A stretch of DNA of 64,000 nucleotides from Dehalococcoidia bacterium (GCA_965221295.1 OZ244879.1:1041603-1105602); one strand, 5' to 3'. Counted from the stretch's first letter, positions 27,914 through 38,219 are shown. Notes: generated by a model from the letters alone, not told the origin. Numbers and translations: made by a program.

Positions 27914-28666
27914 TCACTTCGCCGTGTAACCGCCGTCGATGACCAACTCGCTGCCGGTCATGAACGACGACTCGTCGGAGGCCAGGAAAAGGGCGCCATA
28001 AGATATGTCCTCGGTAGAGCCGACCCGTCCCAGCGGGATTTGGCTCAATCGCTCCTGGATTTCGGCCTCGGTTTGATTGACCAGCCCGCCGCGCCGCATG
28101 TCGGTGTCCACGGCGCCGGGATGAATGGAATTGGCGCGGATGTTTTCGGCGGCGTACTGGATGGCGGTGGACTTGGTGAACAGGCGCACGGCGCCCTTGG
28201 TGGCGATGTAGGCGGGTGGCCCGATGGATACGAGCCCGCTGATGGACGAGATGTTGACGATGCTGCCGCCGCCGGCGCGTCGCATGGCGGGGATCACAGC
28301 TTTCGTGCCAAGGAAGACGCCCTTGGCGTTGATGTCCATGATGTGGTCCCAATCTGCTACGGAGGTTTCCTCGATGTCCTTGCGGAGCACGATGGCGGCG
28401 TTGTTCACGAGGACATCCACCTTGCCGAACCGCTCTTCGGCGACGCTGACGGCGCGTTGCCAATCGTAAGCGCTGGCGACATCCAGATGGAGGTAGATGG
28501 CCTGGCCGCCCAGTTCGCGGATTTCGGCTTCGACCTGCAGACCGAGATCGTCGAGCACGTCGCCGATGACCACGCTGGCGCCCTCTTGGGCGAACATTTT
28601 GGCTTCGGTGGCGCCCTGACCGCGGGCCCCGCCGGTGATGATAGCGACCTTGCCTTGGAGCCTCAT
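27914..28666 (-). CDS. SDR-family oxidoreductase
   Basis: 250 aa. TGxxxGxG (ITGGARGQG), NNAA, YxxxK (YIATKGAV). AAGGAGG before the ATG. Confidence 0.85.
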   Translation of the reverse strand: MRLQGKVAIITGGARGQGATEAKMFAQEGASVVIGDVLDDLGLQVEAEIRELGGQAIYLHLDVASAYDWQRAVSVAEERFGKVDVLVNNAAIVLRKDIEETSVADWDHIMDINAKGVFLGTKAVIPAMRRAGGGSIVNISSISGLVSIGPPAYIATKGAVRLFTKSTAIQYAAENIRANSIHPGAVDTDMRRGGLVNQTEAEIQERLSQIPLGRVGSTEDISYGALFLASDESSFMTGSELVIDGGYTAK

Positions 28667-29067
28667 GGCGCAGCCTCCTTTTCCTTGGCGGTATCAGCAA
28701 GATCCTCGGCAGTTTGCGCGAGGTCCGCGTCGTCGGCATGGTATAGCACTCGGAACCACCATGATAATGCAGCGCAAGAGAACGACAAACAGAAGAGCAA
28801 CGCGGACACGAGGGCGCCGATTGGACTGAATGAATCGGGTGGTTCAACATCCCCTGCCTGGGGCATAGTGGGCGTTTTGCCGTCCGCTTGACGGTCCAAA
28901 GCCTGCTCGGCAGGCGCAGTGGGTTCAAGCCATGGGTAGAAAACCTGGTCCATCGCAAAAGTGAAGGTAAGGGTGGCGACGGCCAAACTAATGCCGAGCC
29001 AAAACCGGCACCAACTTAGATTGCGTTCGTAAGACCGCTGTAGCCGAGTCGCCTCACTTCCGGGCAT
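28663..29067 (-). CDS. hypothetical membrane protein
   Basis: 134 aa with two hydrophobic segments. Its stop overlaps the SDR start (ATGA). No family recognised. Confidence 0.5.
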   Translation of the reverse strand: MPGSEATRLQRSYERNLSWCRFWLGISLAVATLTFTFAMDQVFYPWLEPTAPAEQALDRQADGKTPTMPQAGDVEPPDSFSPIGALVSALLFCLSFSCAALSWWFRVLYHADDADLAQTAEDLADTAKEKEAAP

Positions 29068-29293
29068 TTTTGCCTCTGGGGTCGTTGCGGAAGGAAAGCA
29101 TCAAGAACGTGAGTCCGCCTCCGACCACCCAGTAGAGAATGGCCACGCCGTACACAGTCAAAAACACGACAATATCATTGTCTCTGGCGTCGCTCTTATA
29201 AACCGCGTTAGCCAATTCGGTCCAGCCCCACGTGCCCAAAGCGATGAAACACGCTAAAAAAAGGAGTATGATGCCAATCCGGGTACGGCTCAT
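29054..29293 (-). CDS. hypothetical small membrane protein
   Basis: ATG 29293 (MSRTRIGIILLFLACFIALGTWGW...) with GGGAGG 6 nt upstream (track start 29308 is a TTG). Two TM segments. Locally lower GC. Confidence 0.55.
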   Translation of the reverse strand: MSRTRIGIILLFLACFIALGTWGWTELANAVYKSDARDNDIVVFLTVYGVAILYWVVGGGLTFLMLSFRNDPRGKNARK

Positions 29294-29364
29294 GTTGGCC
29301 TCCCTCAATGGTTCAACTGGCGTGAACCGGCTGCCTGATTAGGATTATACGCTGGCGCCGGAGT

Positions 29365-30300
29365 TCACGCCAAATTCGCGAGCGCCCGCTCGGCGAATTC
29401 GGGGCGCACGATGCGTTCGTAGGGGTGGGCGCCTTGAACCAGGCCGCCGGCGATCAGGGCGTCTCGCATCCGGTCGAATCCTTCGCGTCTGATAGTGGGG
29501 TCGGATGCCCACACTCCAGCCGACTGGTACCGGGCTACGCCCTCGGTCAAGAGGCCCCGGTCGTATTCGGGAAACACGCCGGCGATGCGCTCCGCCACCG
29601 CCTCGGCCGGGCTGTCGGCGACCCAGCGCTGGGCCTTAGCGTAGCCGTTGACGAACCGTTGCGCGGTGTCTGGGTTATTCTCCAAGTAGTCGGGCGTAAC
29701 CGCGATGCTGCTGTAGCACACGTAACCGCTCTCTTTGCCCAGGGTTGCCGCCAGGTGTCCCGCGCCTTCAGCGATCAGCTGACCGGCAAAGGGATATGGA
29801 ACCTGAAGGTAGTCTGCGTCGCCGTTGCGGAAGCGGCTCAGCATCTCCGGAGCGGTCAGACCGCCCATGAGCTTCACGCTGGCCGGGTCCACGCCGTGCC
29901 AGCGCATGGCGGCCTGCAACGTGGTGTACGGAACTGGAGTGAAGCCTACGGGGATCAGCGTGGCGCCGGCGAGATCCGCCCACGTCCAGCCATCGGTGGG
30001 ACGCTTGGATAGGAGGAAGAAACCGTCGCGCTGGTTGATTTCGGCGATGTGCAGCGGCGGCGCGTCGCTGCCGGCGTCCAGATCCATGAAACTGCGACTG
30101 ATGCCGCTCTGGGTCATGTCGATTTCGCCAGCCTTGAGCAGGTCGGTACTGGTTTGGCCGGGAGGGACGTGATCGAAGTCGATGTCCAGACCCTGGTCGG
30201 AGAGGAATCCACCCTCCACAGCGACGTAGATGGTCGTGTAGAACATGTTGCGGAAGGCAACCCGCAACCGGATGCGGTTTGAATTGACTGGTGATGTCAT
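29365..30300 (-). CDS. NMT1/THI5-like (SsuA-type) substrate-binding protein
   Basis: 311 aa. Periplasmic-binding-fold-like sequence (LKAGEIDMTQSGISRS, IPVGFTPVPYTTLQAAMRWHGVDP). No obvious signal peptide. Confidence 0.65.
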   Translation of the reverse strand: MTSPVNSNRIRLRVAFRNMFYTTIYVAVEGGFLSDQGLDIDFDHVPPGQTSTDLLKAGEIDMTQSGISRSFMDLDAGSDAPPLHIAEINQRDGFFLLSKRPTDGWTWADLAGATLIPVGFTPVPYTTLQAAMRWHGVDPASVKLMGGLTAPEMLSRFRNGDADYLQVPYPFAGQLIAEGAGHLAATLGKESGYVCYSSIAVTPDYLENNPDTAQRFVNGYAKAQRWVADSPAEAVAERIAGVFPEYDRGLLTEGVARYQSAGVWASDPTIRREGFDRMRDALIAGGLVQGAHPYERIVRPEFAERALANLA

Positions 30301-30324
30301 GGCATGATCTCCGTGATGGGTTGG

Positions 30325-32295
30325 CTAGGCGGCGACGGGCAATCGGAAGTCGCCGTTGGTCAGCGCCACGCCATCGTCGTAGATGCACTCCACGGCGCCG
30401 CCTTCGTATTGTTCCCAGTATAGCTGGGCGTAGAGGCCGCCCAGGGCCAGCAGTTCGAGATGGTTGCCGCGCTCTACGATGCGGCCATGGTCCACCACGA
30501 AAATCACATCCGCCGCGAGAATCGTGGACAGGCGATGGGCGATGGCGATGGTGGTGCGCCCCTGCATCAACGGCCTGAGAGCCGATTGAACGAAGCGCTC
30601 GCTGGTGGTGTCCAGCGCGGAAGTAGCCTCGTCCAGGATCAAGAGCCGGGGTTGGTGCAGGATGACGCGGGCGATGGACAGGCGCTGACGCTCTCCGCCG
30701 GAAAGGCGGAATCCGCGTTCTCCCACCACGGTATCGTAGCCGTCGGGGAATTGCAGGATACGTTCGTGGACGTATGCCGCTTGCGCCGCCGCGTGGATTT
30801 CAGATTCGGTGGCCTGGGGGTTGCCGTAGATCAGGTTCTCTCGGATGGATGCGTGGAACAGGTAGCTTTCCTGGGACACGTAGCCAATCATTGCGGCCAG
30901 GCTAGCCAGTTTGATGCGCCGAACATCAACATCATCGATGGAAACAACGCCTTCGGTAACGTCGTACAGGCGGGGGATCAGGTAGGAAATCGTGGTTTTG
31001 CCGGCGCCGCTGGGTCCGACCAAAGCGGCCAGTTGACCCGGTTTGACTTGGAAGGTGACGCCGTCCAGGGCCCAGGCGCGGGCGTCGTGGTCGGGATGGG
31101 CGCTGCGGGATTCGCCGGCGAGGGTGGTTTGTTGGTAATTCACTCGCTGGTAGTTTACGCGCACGTCCTGGAATCGCACTGCGCCGCGGGCCTGTTGGGC
31201 GGGCATGTCCACGGCGTCGGGAGCGTCCACGATCTCAGGGCGGATGTCCAGGTAAGCGAAGATGCGCTCGAACAGAGCCAGGGACGATTGCAACTCCACC
31301 GCCGTGCGCAGCAGGGCGCTGATGGGAAAATACAGACGGGTTTGCAGCGTGGTAAAGGCTACGATGGCGCCGGCGGTCACGCCTCCCGAGCCGAAGGAAC
31401 CGTAGAGAAGGTAGCCGGCGAGAACGTAAATCACCACTGGACTGAGCGAAAAGAAAATCTGGATGCCGGCCCAGATGGCTTGACCGGTCATTTCGCGGCG
31501 GATTTCCAGGTCGGAAAGGCGCACGTTCTGGCGCCGGAATCGCTCGATTTCGCGGTTCTGGGCGCCGAACAAGCGGGTCAGCATGACGCCGGACACCGAC
31601 AGAGTTTCCTGGGTGATGGCCGTCATCTCCGCCGTGGATTCCTGCACCAGCGACGACATGGCGCGGCGACGCTTGCCGACCCAGTAGCTGAACACCGCGA
31701 ACACTGGCGTAACTCCCACCGCCACCAGCGTCAACTCCCAGGACAGAACGAGCATGGCGATGAGGGTGCTGATGAGAATAACGACGTTGGACAGAATGTT
31801 GCTGACCGTGCCCGTCACCACCAGCCGGATGCCGGCCACGTCGTTGGCCACCCGGCTCTGGATTTCGCCGGTGTGGGAATCGGTGAAGAAACCCAAGGAC
31901 AGGGATTGGAGGTGGGAATAAAGACGATCCCGCAGGTCTCGCATCACCCGCTGACCCACCTGTTGGGTGAGCCAGGTCTGCAATACTCCCAGACTCCCGG
32001 TTACGACGACAACGGCGCCCATGATTGCGGCGATGGTCCAGACCAGGCGCAGGTTCGGCCCGCCCTCAACGAACAGCCCGGAGTCGAACATCGTTTGAAT
32101 CAACACCGGGTTGACCACCCCCAGGCCGGCGGTGACCACGATCAGGATGCCGATAGCCGCAACCCGCAGCCCGTAGGGTCGAAAGGCGCCGGCGATGCGG
32201 CGGTTCAGGTTGGGAACCCGATGACTGGGACGACGCCCACTGCTGGCCACCGTTCTGCGCGGGCCATTGGGTATGTTTTCCCTCACCGGACGCAT
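30325..32295 (-). CDS. ABC transporter permease/ATP-binding fusion protein (MsbA-like exporter)
   Basis: 656 aa. Six-TM N-domain, Walker A GPSGAGKTT, signature LSGGERQRLSIA, Walker B LLILDEATSALD. Confidence 0.85.
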   Translation of the reverse strand: MRPVRENIPNGPRRTVASSGRRPSHRVPNLNRRIAGAFRPYGLRVAAIGILIVVTAGLGVVNPVLIQTMFDSGLFVEGGPNLRLVWTIAAIMGAVVVVTGSLGVLQTWLTQQVGQRVMRDLRDRLYSHLQSLSLGFFTDSHTGEIQSRVANDVAGIRLVVTGTVSNILSNVVILISTLIAMLVLSWELTLVAVGVTPVFAVFSYWVGKRRRAMSSLVQESTAEMTAITQETLSVSGVMLTRLFGAQNREIERFRRQNVRLSDLEIRREMTGQAIWAGIQIFFSLSPVVIYVLAGYLLYGSFGSGGVTAGAIVAFTTLQTRLYFPISALLRTAVELQSSLALFERIFAYLDIRPEIVDAPDAVDMPAQQARGAVRFQDVRVNYQRVNYQQTTLAGESRSAHPDHDARAWALDGVTFQVKPGQLAALVGPSGAGKTTISYLIPRLYDVTEGVVSIDDVDVRRIKLASLAAMIGYVSQESYLFHASIRENLIYGNPQATESEIHAAAQAAYVHERILQFPDGYDTVVGERGFRLSGGERQRLSIARVILHQPRLLILDEATSALDTTSERFVQSALRPLMQGRTTIAIAHRLSTILAADVIFVVDHGRIVERGNHLELLALGGLYAQLYWEQYEGGAVECIYDDGVALTNGDFRLPVAA

Positions 32296-32332
32296 GGGAT
32301 GTTCTGGGCCGTTGTCGCGAAGCCGAAGCGGG

Positions 32333-33217
32333 TTATCCGGTGGCTTCTTTCAGGCGCCGTATGGCGTCGATGTGGGCATCAGGCGAGGCGGCGCCCCTTA
32401 GCCCGGCGGCGATGTGCGTGGCTCCGATCACCTCCCAGGATTTGAGCTCGGTGAGCCAGTCTTCGGGGTTGTTGTCTGCGGTGATGGTGACGCGACCCTC
32501 GAAGCCGATTTCCGACGGGTCGCGGCCGACAGCTTCGGCCTGGGCGCGGATGCGGGCCAGGATGGCCTGGCCGCCGGCGTCCGGCGCGAACATGGGGAAG
32601 TAGCCGTCGGCCAGGCGGCCGATGCGTCGAATGGCGGCGTTGGGCGGTGTGGGAGCGTTGCCGCGGCCGGCGCCGATCCAAATGGGGATGGGGCGCTGCT
32701 CCGGCAACGGGTTGATGCCGGCGTGGGTGATGTCGTGATACTTGCCGTGGAAGTCAACCACGTCTTGAGTCCACAGCTGCCGGAGAACCGCGATTTGCTC
32801 GTCGCAGCGGCTGCCACGGGTGGCGAAATCCACGCCCAGGGCTTCGTACTCTACCGAGTTCCAGCCAACGCCGATACCCAGACGCAGGCGCCCGCCGGAT
32901 AGCAGGTCCACTTCGGCGGCCTGTTTGGCGACCAACGCCGTTTGGCGCTGGGGCAGGATCAGGATGCCGGTGGTCAGGCCGATACGCTTGGTCACGGCAG
33001 CAAGGTACGCCATTAGGGTGAACGGCTCGTGGATGTAGGATTCGTGGGTGTAGGGAAACTGGGGCACCTCGGGATGCTTCTCCGGCACCGCGCCCAGCAC
33101 GTGGTCAAGAATGCGGACGTGGGAATAACCCAGATCTTCCGCGGCCTGGATGTAATCTCGCAACGCTCCGAAGTCGTCGCCGATTTCGACAATGGGAACC
33201 GAAACGCCAATTTCCAT
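32333..33217 (-). CDS. LLM-class F420-dependent oxidoreductase
   Basis: Track ORF to 33490 runs into repeat array 4. ATG 33217 (MEIGVSVPIVEIGDDFGALRDY...) has a GGGAGG site. DLGYSHVRILDHVLG and RLRLGIGVGWNSVEY. Confidence 0.85.
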   Translation of the reverse strand: MEIGVSVPIVEIGDDFGALRDYIQAAEDLGYSHVRILDHVLGAVPEKHPEVPQFPYTHESYIHEPFTLMAYLAAVTKRIGLTTGILILPQRQTALVAKQAAEVDLLSGGRLRLGIGVGWNSVEYEALGVDFATRGSRCDEQIAVLRQLWTQDVVDFHGKYHDITHAGINPLPEQRPIPIWIGAGRGNAPTPPNAAIRRIGRLADGYFPMFAPDAGGQAILARIRAQAEAVGRDPSEIGFEGRVTITADNNPEDWLTELKSWEVIGATHIAAGLRGAASPDAHIDAIRRLKEATG

Positions 33218-33319
33218 GAAAGAACCTCCCGGGCGAAAAGAAAGCGGCGCCGCCGCCAGGATAGTGGCTGGGGTCATTATAACGGGGCGCCGAGAATCGC
33301 GGGGGCGGCGTCGCCGCAT

Positions 33320-33528
33320 GGGATGGCGGCCGTTCGTTGCGTCGGACGGGATTGCCGCGCTGCGCTCGCAATGACAGAAAAAAGGCTCGCAATGACAGGA
33401 CGTTGAAATGACGGAACGTGGTGGCGGCGTCGGCCCATTGGCTGGGGGCCGTTCGTTGTGTGGGCCGAGATTGCCGCGCTTCGCTCGCAATGACAGGACG
33501 TTGGGGGGCCTCGCGATGAAATGTCACA
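33320..33528 (+). repeat. intergenic hairpin-repeat array 4 (two type-B hairpins)
   Basis: GGGATTGCCGCGCTGCGCTCGCAATGACAG at 33348 and GAGATTGCCGCGCTTCGCTCGCAATGACAG at 33467 (119 bp apart), each followed by GGCTCGCAATGACAGG / GGCCTCGCGATGAAATG submodules. Confidence 0.9.
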
Positions 33529-33588
33529 TCGGTGTGGTTTAGGAAGGGAGATCTCGCCAAACGGGTAGGGGTGCGCCGATGCGATTGG

Positions 33589-33617
33589 TTGCCGCGCTGT
33601 TGGGGCCAAACTATAAT
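33589..33617 (+). promoter_or_regulatory. putative sigma70 promoter of ilvD
   Basis: TTGCCG (33589-33594) - 17 nt - TATAAT (33612-33617), about 55 nt upstream of the ilvD start. The -35 lies in ATTGGTTGCCGCGCTG, which resembles the 5' arm of the type-B hairpin. Confidence 0.55.
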
Positions 33618-33672
33618 CTTACGACGCTAGCGATTGATACCGGCGGCCACGCCGCCTGTTGAGGAGGCCGTT

Positions 33673-35367
33673 TTGACTACTACGATACAGAGCCCGAAGG
33701 CGCTGTTGAAGCACCGCAGCCGTGAGATTACCGAAGGCGCGGAACGGGCGCCGGCCAGGGCCATGCTGATGGCCATGGGCCTGACTGCGGAGGATCTGGA
33801 GAAGCCCTTCGTGGCCGTGGCCAACCTCGCCAGCGACGTGACGCCTTGCAACGTGCACCTGAGCCGCATCGCCAGCGCGGTGAAAGACGGCATTCGACAC
33901 GGCGAGGGGACGCCCTTTGAATTTGGCACCATAACCGTCAGCGACGGCATTTCAATGGGCACCGAGGGGATGAAGGCGTCGCTGGTCAGTCGCGAAGTCA
34001 TCGCCGACTCCATCGAGACCGTAGCCTTCGGAGAGCGGATGGATGGCCTGGTGACCGTGGCCGGCTGCGACAAAAACATGCCCGGCTGCATGATGGCCAT
34101 TGCCCGGCTCAACATCCCCAGCGTCTTCGTGTACGGTGGCAGCATCATGCCGGGTCGTTTTGAGGGCCGGGACGTGAACATCCAGGACGTTTTCGAGGCG
34201 GTGGGCGCGTATGCCGCCGGCCGGATGACCCGGGAGCAACTGACGGAGCTGGAGTGCAACGCCTGCCCGGGCGAGGGTTCGTGCGCTGGGATGTTCACCG
34301 CCAACACCATGTCCACCGCCATCGAGGTGATGGGCCTGTCGCTGCCGGGCGACGCCTCGCTGACGGCGGTGGATCCCAACAAGAACGACGAAGCCAGGCG
34401 CGCCGGCGAAGCGGTGATGCGAATGCTGGAAGAGGGCATTCGCCCGCGCGACATCCTCACTCGACGCGCCTTCGAGAACGCCATCACCGTGGTGGTGGCC
34501 ATGGGCGGTTCCACCAACGCGGTGCTGCACCTGATGGCGATTGCCCGCGAGGCCGAAGTGGATCTAACCCTGGAGGACTTCGACCGAATCAGCCGCAACA
34601 CGCCATACATTGCTGACCTGAAGCCGGGCGGTCAATACGTCATGGCCGACCTAAGTCGCTACGGCGGAGTGGCGCTGATCGGCAAACGCCTGCTGGACGC
34701 TGGCCTGCTGCATGGAGACGAGAGGTCCGTCAACGGCAAGACGCTAGCGGAGAACATCAACGAGGCCAGCATCGTGGACGACCAGCCGGTGATCTATACG
34801 ACCGCGGCCCCGCGCAGTCCCACCGGCGGCCTGGCCATCCTGCGCGGCAATCTCGCGCCAGATGGAGCCGTGATCAAAGTCGCAGGGCACCAGGAGAAGG
34901 TGTACGAAGGACCGGCTCGGGTCTTCGATCAGGAGGAGCCGGCGTTCCAGGCCATCCAGCGCGGCGAGATCAAGCCCGGCGACATCGTGATCATCCGCTA
35001 CGAAGGACCCAAGGGTGGCCCCGGAATGCGGGAGATGCTGGCGGTGACGGGGGCGCTCATCGGGCAGGGCCTGGGCGACTCGGTGGCCTTGGTCACTGAC
35101 GGCCGGTTCTCCGGGGCTTCTCACGGGCCGATGGTGGGGCACGTGGCGCCCGAGGCCATGGATGGCGGACCCATTGGATTGCTGCGGGAGGGCGACATCG
35201 TTACGTTGGACATCCCCGGCCGGCGCATCGACGCTCGCATCAGCGAGGAAGAGATGACCGACCGTCGCGCCGCCTGGCGTCCCATGGAGCCGAAATACAC
35301 CACCGGAGTGCTGGCCAAGTACGCCAAGCTGGTGTCCTCGGCGGCCGAGGGCGCGGTGACGCGGTAG
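33673..35367 (+). CDS. ilvD: dihydroxy-acid dehydratase
   Basis: Track start 33634 is a TTG without an RBS. The in-frame TTG 33673 follows GAGGAGG (33661-33667). [31 protein letters not shown] and [12 protein letters not shown] are IlvD hallmarks. Confidence 0.9.
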   Translation: MTTTIQSPKALLKHRSREITEGAERAPARAMLMAMGLTAEDLEKPFVAVANLASDVTPCNVHLSRIASAVKDGIRHGEGTPFEFGTITVSDGISMGTEGMKASLVSREVIADSIETVAFGERMDGLVTVAGCDKNMPGCMMAIARLNIPSVFVYGGSIMPGRFEGRDVNIQDVFEAVGAYAAGRMTREQLTELECNACPGEGSCAGMFTANTMSTAIEVMGLSLPGDASLTAVDPNKNDEARRAGEAVMRMLEEGIRPRDILTRRAFENAITVVVAMGGSTNAVLHLMAIAREAEVDLTLEDFDRISRNTPYIADLKPGGQYVMADLSRYGGVALIGKRLLDAGLLHGDERSVNGKTLAENINEASIVDDQPVIYTTAAPRSPTGGLAILRGNLAPDGAVIKVAGHQEKVYEGPARVFDQEEPAFQAIQRGEIKPGDIVIIRYEGPKGGPGMREMLAVTGALIGQGLGDSVALVTDGRFSGASHGPMVGHVAPEAMDGGPIGLLREGDIVTLDIPGRRIDARISEEEMTDRRAAWRPMEPKYTTGVLAKYAKLVSSAAEGAVTR

Positions 35368-35499
35368 CGAGGGGCGCCGCAAACTAGGGAAGGGCGGCGC
35401 GGCGCATTGGTCATCGGCATCGCCATCGCCGCGCTGACGCCCCCATTCTTGCAATGGTCGATTGGTGGACAAATAACTGGTGGACAATAGGGGTAACTG

Positions 35500-36309
35500 A
35501 TGACCAGTCCCGATAATCGCGTCCTGATGGAACGCTCCGGCGCGTTGGCGGTGATTCGTCTGAACCGGCCGGAGGCGCGCAATGCCCTGTCCCCGGAGAT
35601 GATCACCGAACTGGCGCAGGCATTGAACGCGACCCGCGCCGGGGACGTTCGCGCCGTGATGCTAACTGGGACGGGCGGGGCGTTTTGCGCTGGCGCGGAC
35701 GTGAGGGACTTCACGGCGCAACTCGAAGAGGGCGGCGCCGAAAGTCTGTCGTCGCATCTTCGCAACCTGGCGGACGCGCTGCACAACGATGTCGTAATGG
35801 CCATACGCAAGCTGGACAAACCGGTGGTTGCGGCGGTGAACGGCGTGGCGGCCGGCGCCGGCTTCAGCCTGGCCCTGGCGTGCGATCTGAGAGTCGCCTC
35901 GGCAGACGCCCGGTTCCTTTTGGCCTACGCCAACATCGGATGCACGGCGGATGGCGGTTCAACCTACATGCTGCCGCGCATCGTTGGCCAGGGCCGCGCC
36001 ATGGAAATTTATCTCGCCAGACAGCCCATCGGTGCGCAGTACGCCTTGGAGCTGGGGTTGGTCAGTCAGGTATTCGACGCAACCCAATTTGAGCGGCACG
36101 CCATGGAGACAGTTGACCGTCTGGCGCAGGGACCCACCCGGGCCTACGGGCGGGTGAAGGCGTTATTCGATGGCAGCTGGGACGCCGACCTGGCGGCCCA
36201 ACTAGCCGCCGAAACCGACGCCATCGCCGACATTGGATTGACCGGAGATTTCCAGGAAGGGATACGGGCCTTCGCGCAGAAACGGCAAGCGTGGTTCCAG
36301 GGGCGTTAG
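35500..36309 (+). CDS. enoyl-CoA hydratase/isomerase family protein
   Basis: 269 aa. LTGTGGAFCAGADVRDF and AAVNGVAAGAGFSLALACDLRVAS. Confidence 0.85.
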   Translation: MTSPDNRVLMERSGALAVIRLNRPEARNALSPEMITELAQALNATRAGDVRAVMLTGTGGAFCAGADVRDFTAQLEEGGAESLSSHLRNLADALHNDVVMAIRKLDKPVVAAVNGVAAGAGFSLALACDLRVASADARFLLAYANIGCTADGGSTYMLPRIVGQGRAMEIYLARQPIGAQYALELGLVSQVFDATQFERHAMETVDRLAQGPTRAYGRVKALFDGSWDADLAAQLAAETDAIADIGLTGDFQEGIRAFAQKRQAWFQGR

Positions 36310-36348
36310 CTCGACGTCAATGGAGTCCGCGCCGGCTGGGTTGATAGC

Positions 36349-36624
36349 TTGGAGAGAGGATTGGCGCGGCTCCGGCGGGGTTGGAAGGGCTGGTTGGCGG
36401 CGCGCCGGTGGTGGTGTTTAGCGCTGGCTGTTGGCGTCGTTTGCTTTCGCATCCTGGCCGGCGCCGTGGAGAGTTGGCTGTTCGCCCCAGCGCTTGGGGA
36501 CAACGCCTGGTGGACGGCGGCGGTCGCGCTCGCCAGCGTGGCGATGTGCGCGCTAGCGGCCATCACCATAGTTGCGTTTGTCCAGTACGGCCGAATCTAC
36601 AACCGCAGGATCCCCACGGAGTGA
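36349..36624 (+). CDS. hypothetical membrane protein
   Basis: 91 aa, TTG start, two hydrophobic helices. No family recognised; a weak call. Confidence 0.35.
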   Translation: MERGLARLRRGWKGWLAARRWWCLALAVGVVCFRILAGAVESWLFAPALGDNAWWTAAVALASVAMCALAAITIVAFVQYGRIYNRRIPTE

Positions 36625-36802
36625 TCGCGCGGCGATGGCGTCGCTCCATGCCGCGTTTGCGGTGGAGAGCGCACAGCAGACTGGCGCTGCCGCGCCAAAG
36701 AACGCCTAGTGGGAAACGGCCGCGCTTGCCGGCCGGGGTAGGCTTGCCTATACTGGCGGCGAAGAGGTGCTTGACGAACGTTGTTGACCGTTGCGAGTAG
36801 GC

Positions 36803-37240
36803 ATGAACATGAAGATCAAGATTGCATTGATGGCCGTTGTCGCCGCCGCGCTGCTGATTGGGCTGGCGTGCACGGCTGAAACCGACTCGCAATGTCCCGA
36901 GGGGACGGATCCCTTCACCGAGTTCAATATGTACTTCGGGCGGGAAAAGGGCGACGGTTCCACCGTATCGGAGGACGAGTGGCGAGATTTTCTCGCCGAC
37001 ACGGTGGCCCCCCGATTCCCCGATGGATTCACGTCCTTGGACGCTCGGGGCCAGTGGTTTGACGCCGAAAACAACCGGCTGTACCGAGAATCCACCAAGC
37101 TGCTGAATGTTTTGGCGCCCAGCGGCGCCGGCGATGCCAGCGCCCAAGCAATCCGCGAGATCTCCGACGCCTATAAAGAACGATTCGACCAGCAGGCGGT
37201 ATTTCTAACCACCCTGCCGGCGTGCGCCGGGTTGCATTGA
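36803..37240 (+). CDS. DUF3574-like lipoprotein
   Basis: MNMKIKIALMAVVAAALLIGLAC signal/lipobox. FNMYFGREKGDGSTVSEDEWRDFLADTVAPRFPDGFTSLDARGQW matches my recollection of DUF3574. Confidence 0.65.
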   Translation: MNMKIKIALMAVVAAALLIGLACTAETDSQCPEGTDPFTEFNMYFGREKGDGSTVSEDEWRDFLADTVAPRFPDGFTSLDARGQWFDAENNRLYRESTKLLNVLAPSGAGDASAQAIREISDAYKERFDQQAVFLTTLPACAGLH

Positions 37241-37325
37241 CGGAGATCTCGTCAGGCCGCCCCGTCCCTAGTGAGGGCCCCGGCTGCGAGGCTCCCATTG
37301 CGAGGCGCTCACGGAGGCGCCTGGG

Positions 37326-38219
37326 ATGACGGACGGATCCATGCGCAAACAGGCATTCATAGGCGTTGGAACAATGGGCAGCGTGATGGCGGGTTGCCTG
37401 CTGGACGCCGGAGTTGACCTGACGATTCACGACATCAGGCGAGAGTCTGCGGAACCGTTGTTGGATAGAGGCGCCCGTTGGGCCAACAGCGCTGAGGAAG
37501 CGGCGGCGGATTGCGCGATGCTTTGGGTTTCGCTGCCCGGTCCGGCGCAGGTTGAATCCGTCCTGTTGGGCGACGAGGGCGGCGTGATCGGAGCCATGCC
37601 CCGGGGAGCGACGTTGGTGGACACCACCACCAACGACCCGGACCTGGCGCGGCGCGTGGCCAAGACCTGCTGGGACCGGGGCATCGCAATGTTGGACGCG
37701 CCGGTGAGCGGACGTCCGCCCACGATGACGATGATGGCGGGCGGAGAGCTTGATGCCGTCGAACGGGCCAGGCCGTACCTGGAAGTCGTGGCGGCGCAGG
37801 TGTTTCACGTAGGCCCGGCAGGTACGGGGTGCGTGGCCAAGCTGGCCACCCAGTACATGGGCTACACGAACCTGATCGCCGCCATCGAGGGAATGCTCAT
37901 CGCGCGGTTGGGCGGCGTTGACCCTGAAGTTCTAGCGGAGATAGCGCCAGTCAGCGCGGGAGCCAGCCGGGCGTTCAATGCCATTCCCAACAGCGTGCTG
38001 AATCGATCGTTCTCCGCGGGCGGGACGCTGGACATAGTCGCGAAGGACGTAGCGTTGGCGTGCGAGTTGGCGAAACGGTTGGAAGCGCCCTCTGCGACCG
38101 GCGAAGTAGCCAACGCGCTGTACCGGCAAGCCCAGGAAGCGGGCTGGGGCAACGAAGGATACCCGGTGGTGGCGCGCATCCTGGAGGGGTTGGCTGGCGC
38201 TGAGTTGAAGGCTTCGTGA
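37326..38219 (+). CDS. NAD(P)-dependent oxidoreductase, 3-hydroxyisobutyrate dehydrogenase family
   Basis: 297 aa. FIGVGTMGSVMA dinucleotide fold. VDTTTNDP...LDAPVSG typical of the HIBADH/6PGDH-NAD family. Confidence 0.8.
   Translation: MTDGSMRKQAFIGVGTMGSVMAGCLLDAGVDLTIHDIRRESAEPLLDRGARWANSAEEAAADCAMLWVSLPGPAQVESVLLGDEGGVIGAMPRGATLVDTTTNDPDLARRVAKTCWDRGIAMLDAPVSGRPPTMTMMAGGELDAVERARPYLEVVAAQVFHVGPAGTGCVAKLATQYMGYTNLIAAIEGMLIARLGGVDPEVLAEIAPVSAGASRAFNAIPNSVLNRSFSAGGTLDIVAKDVALACELAKRLEAPSATGEVANALYRQAQEAGWGNEGYPVVARILEGLAGAELKAS

Noticed and set aside
30460-32445. 661-aa plus-strand ORF antisense to the ABC exporter
   Set aside because: A shadow ORF. The minus-strand product has Walker A/B and ABC signature motifs; the plus product is Gly/Asp/His/Gln-rich with no motifs.
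32333-33490. Long N-terminal extensions of real genes (LLM to 33490; RraA-like to 21965; pmbA to 8737; dnaN to 44548; trpS from 60550; FAD oxidoreductase from 51329)
   Set aside because: The extensions run into repeat arrays or overlap the neighbouring gene. An internal ATG with a Shine-Dalgarno site coincides with the start of family similarity.
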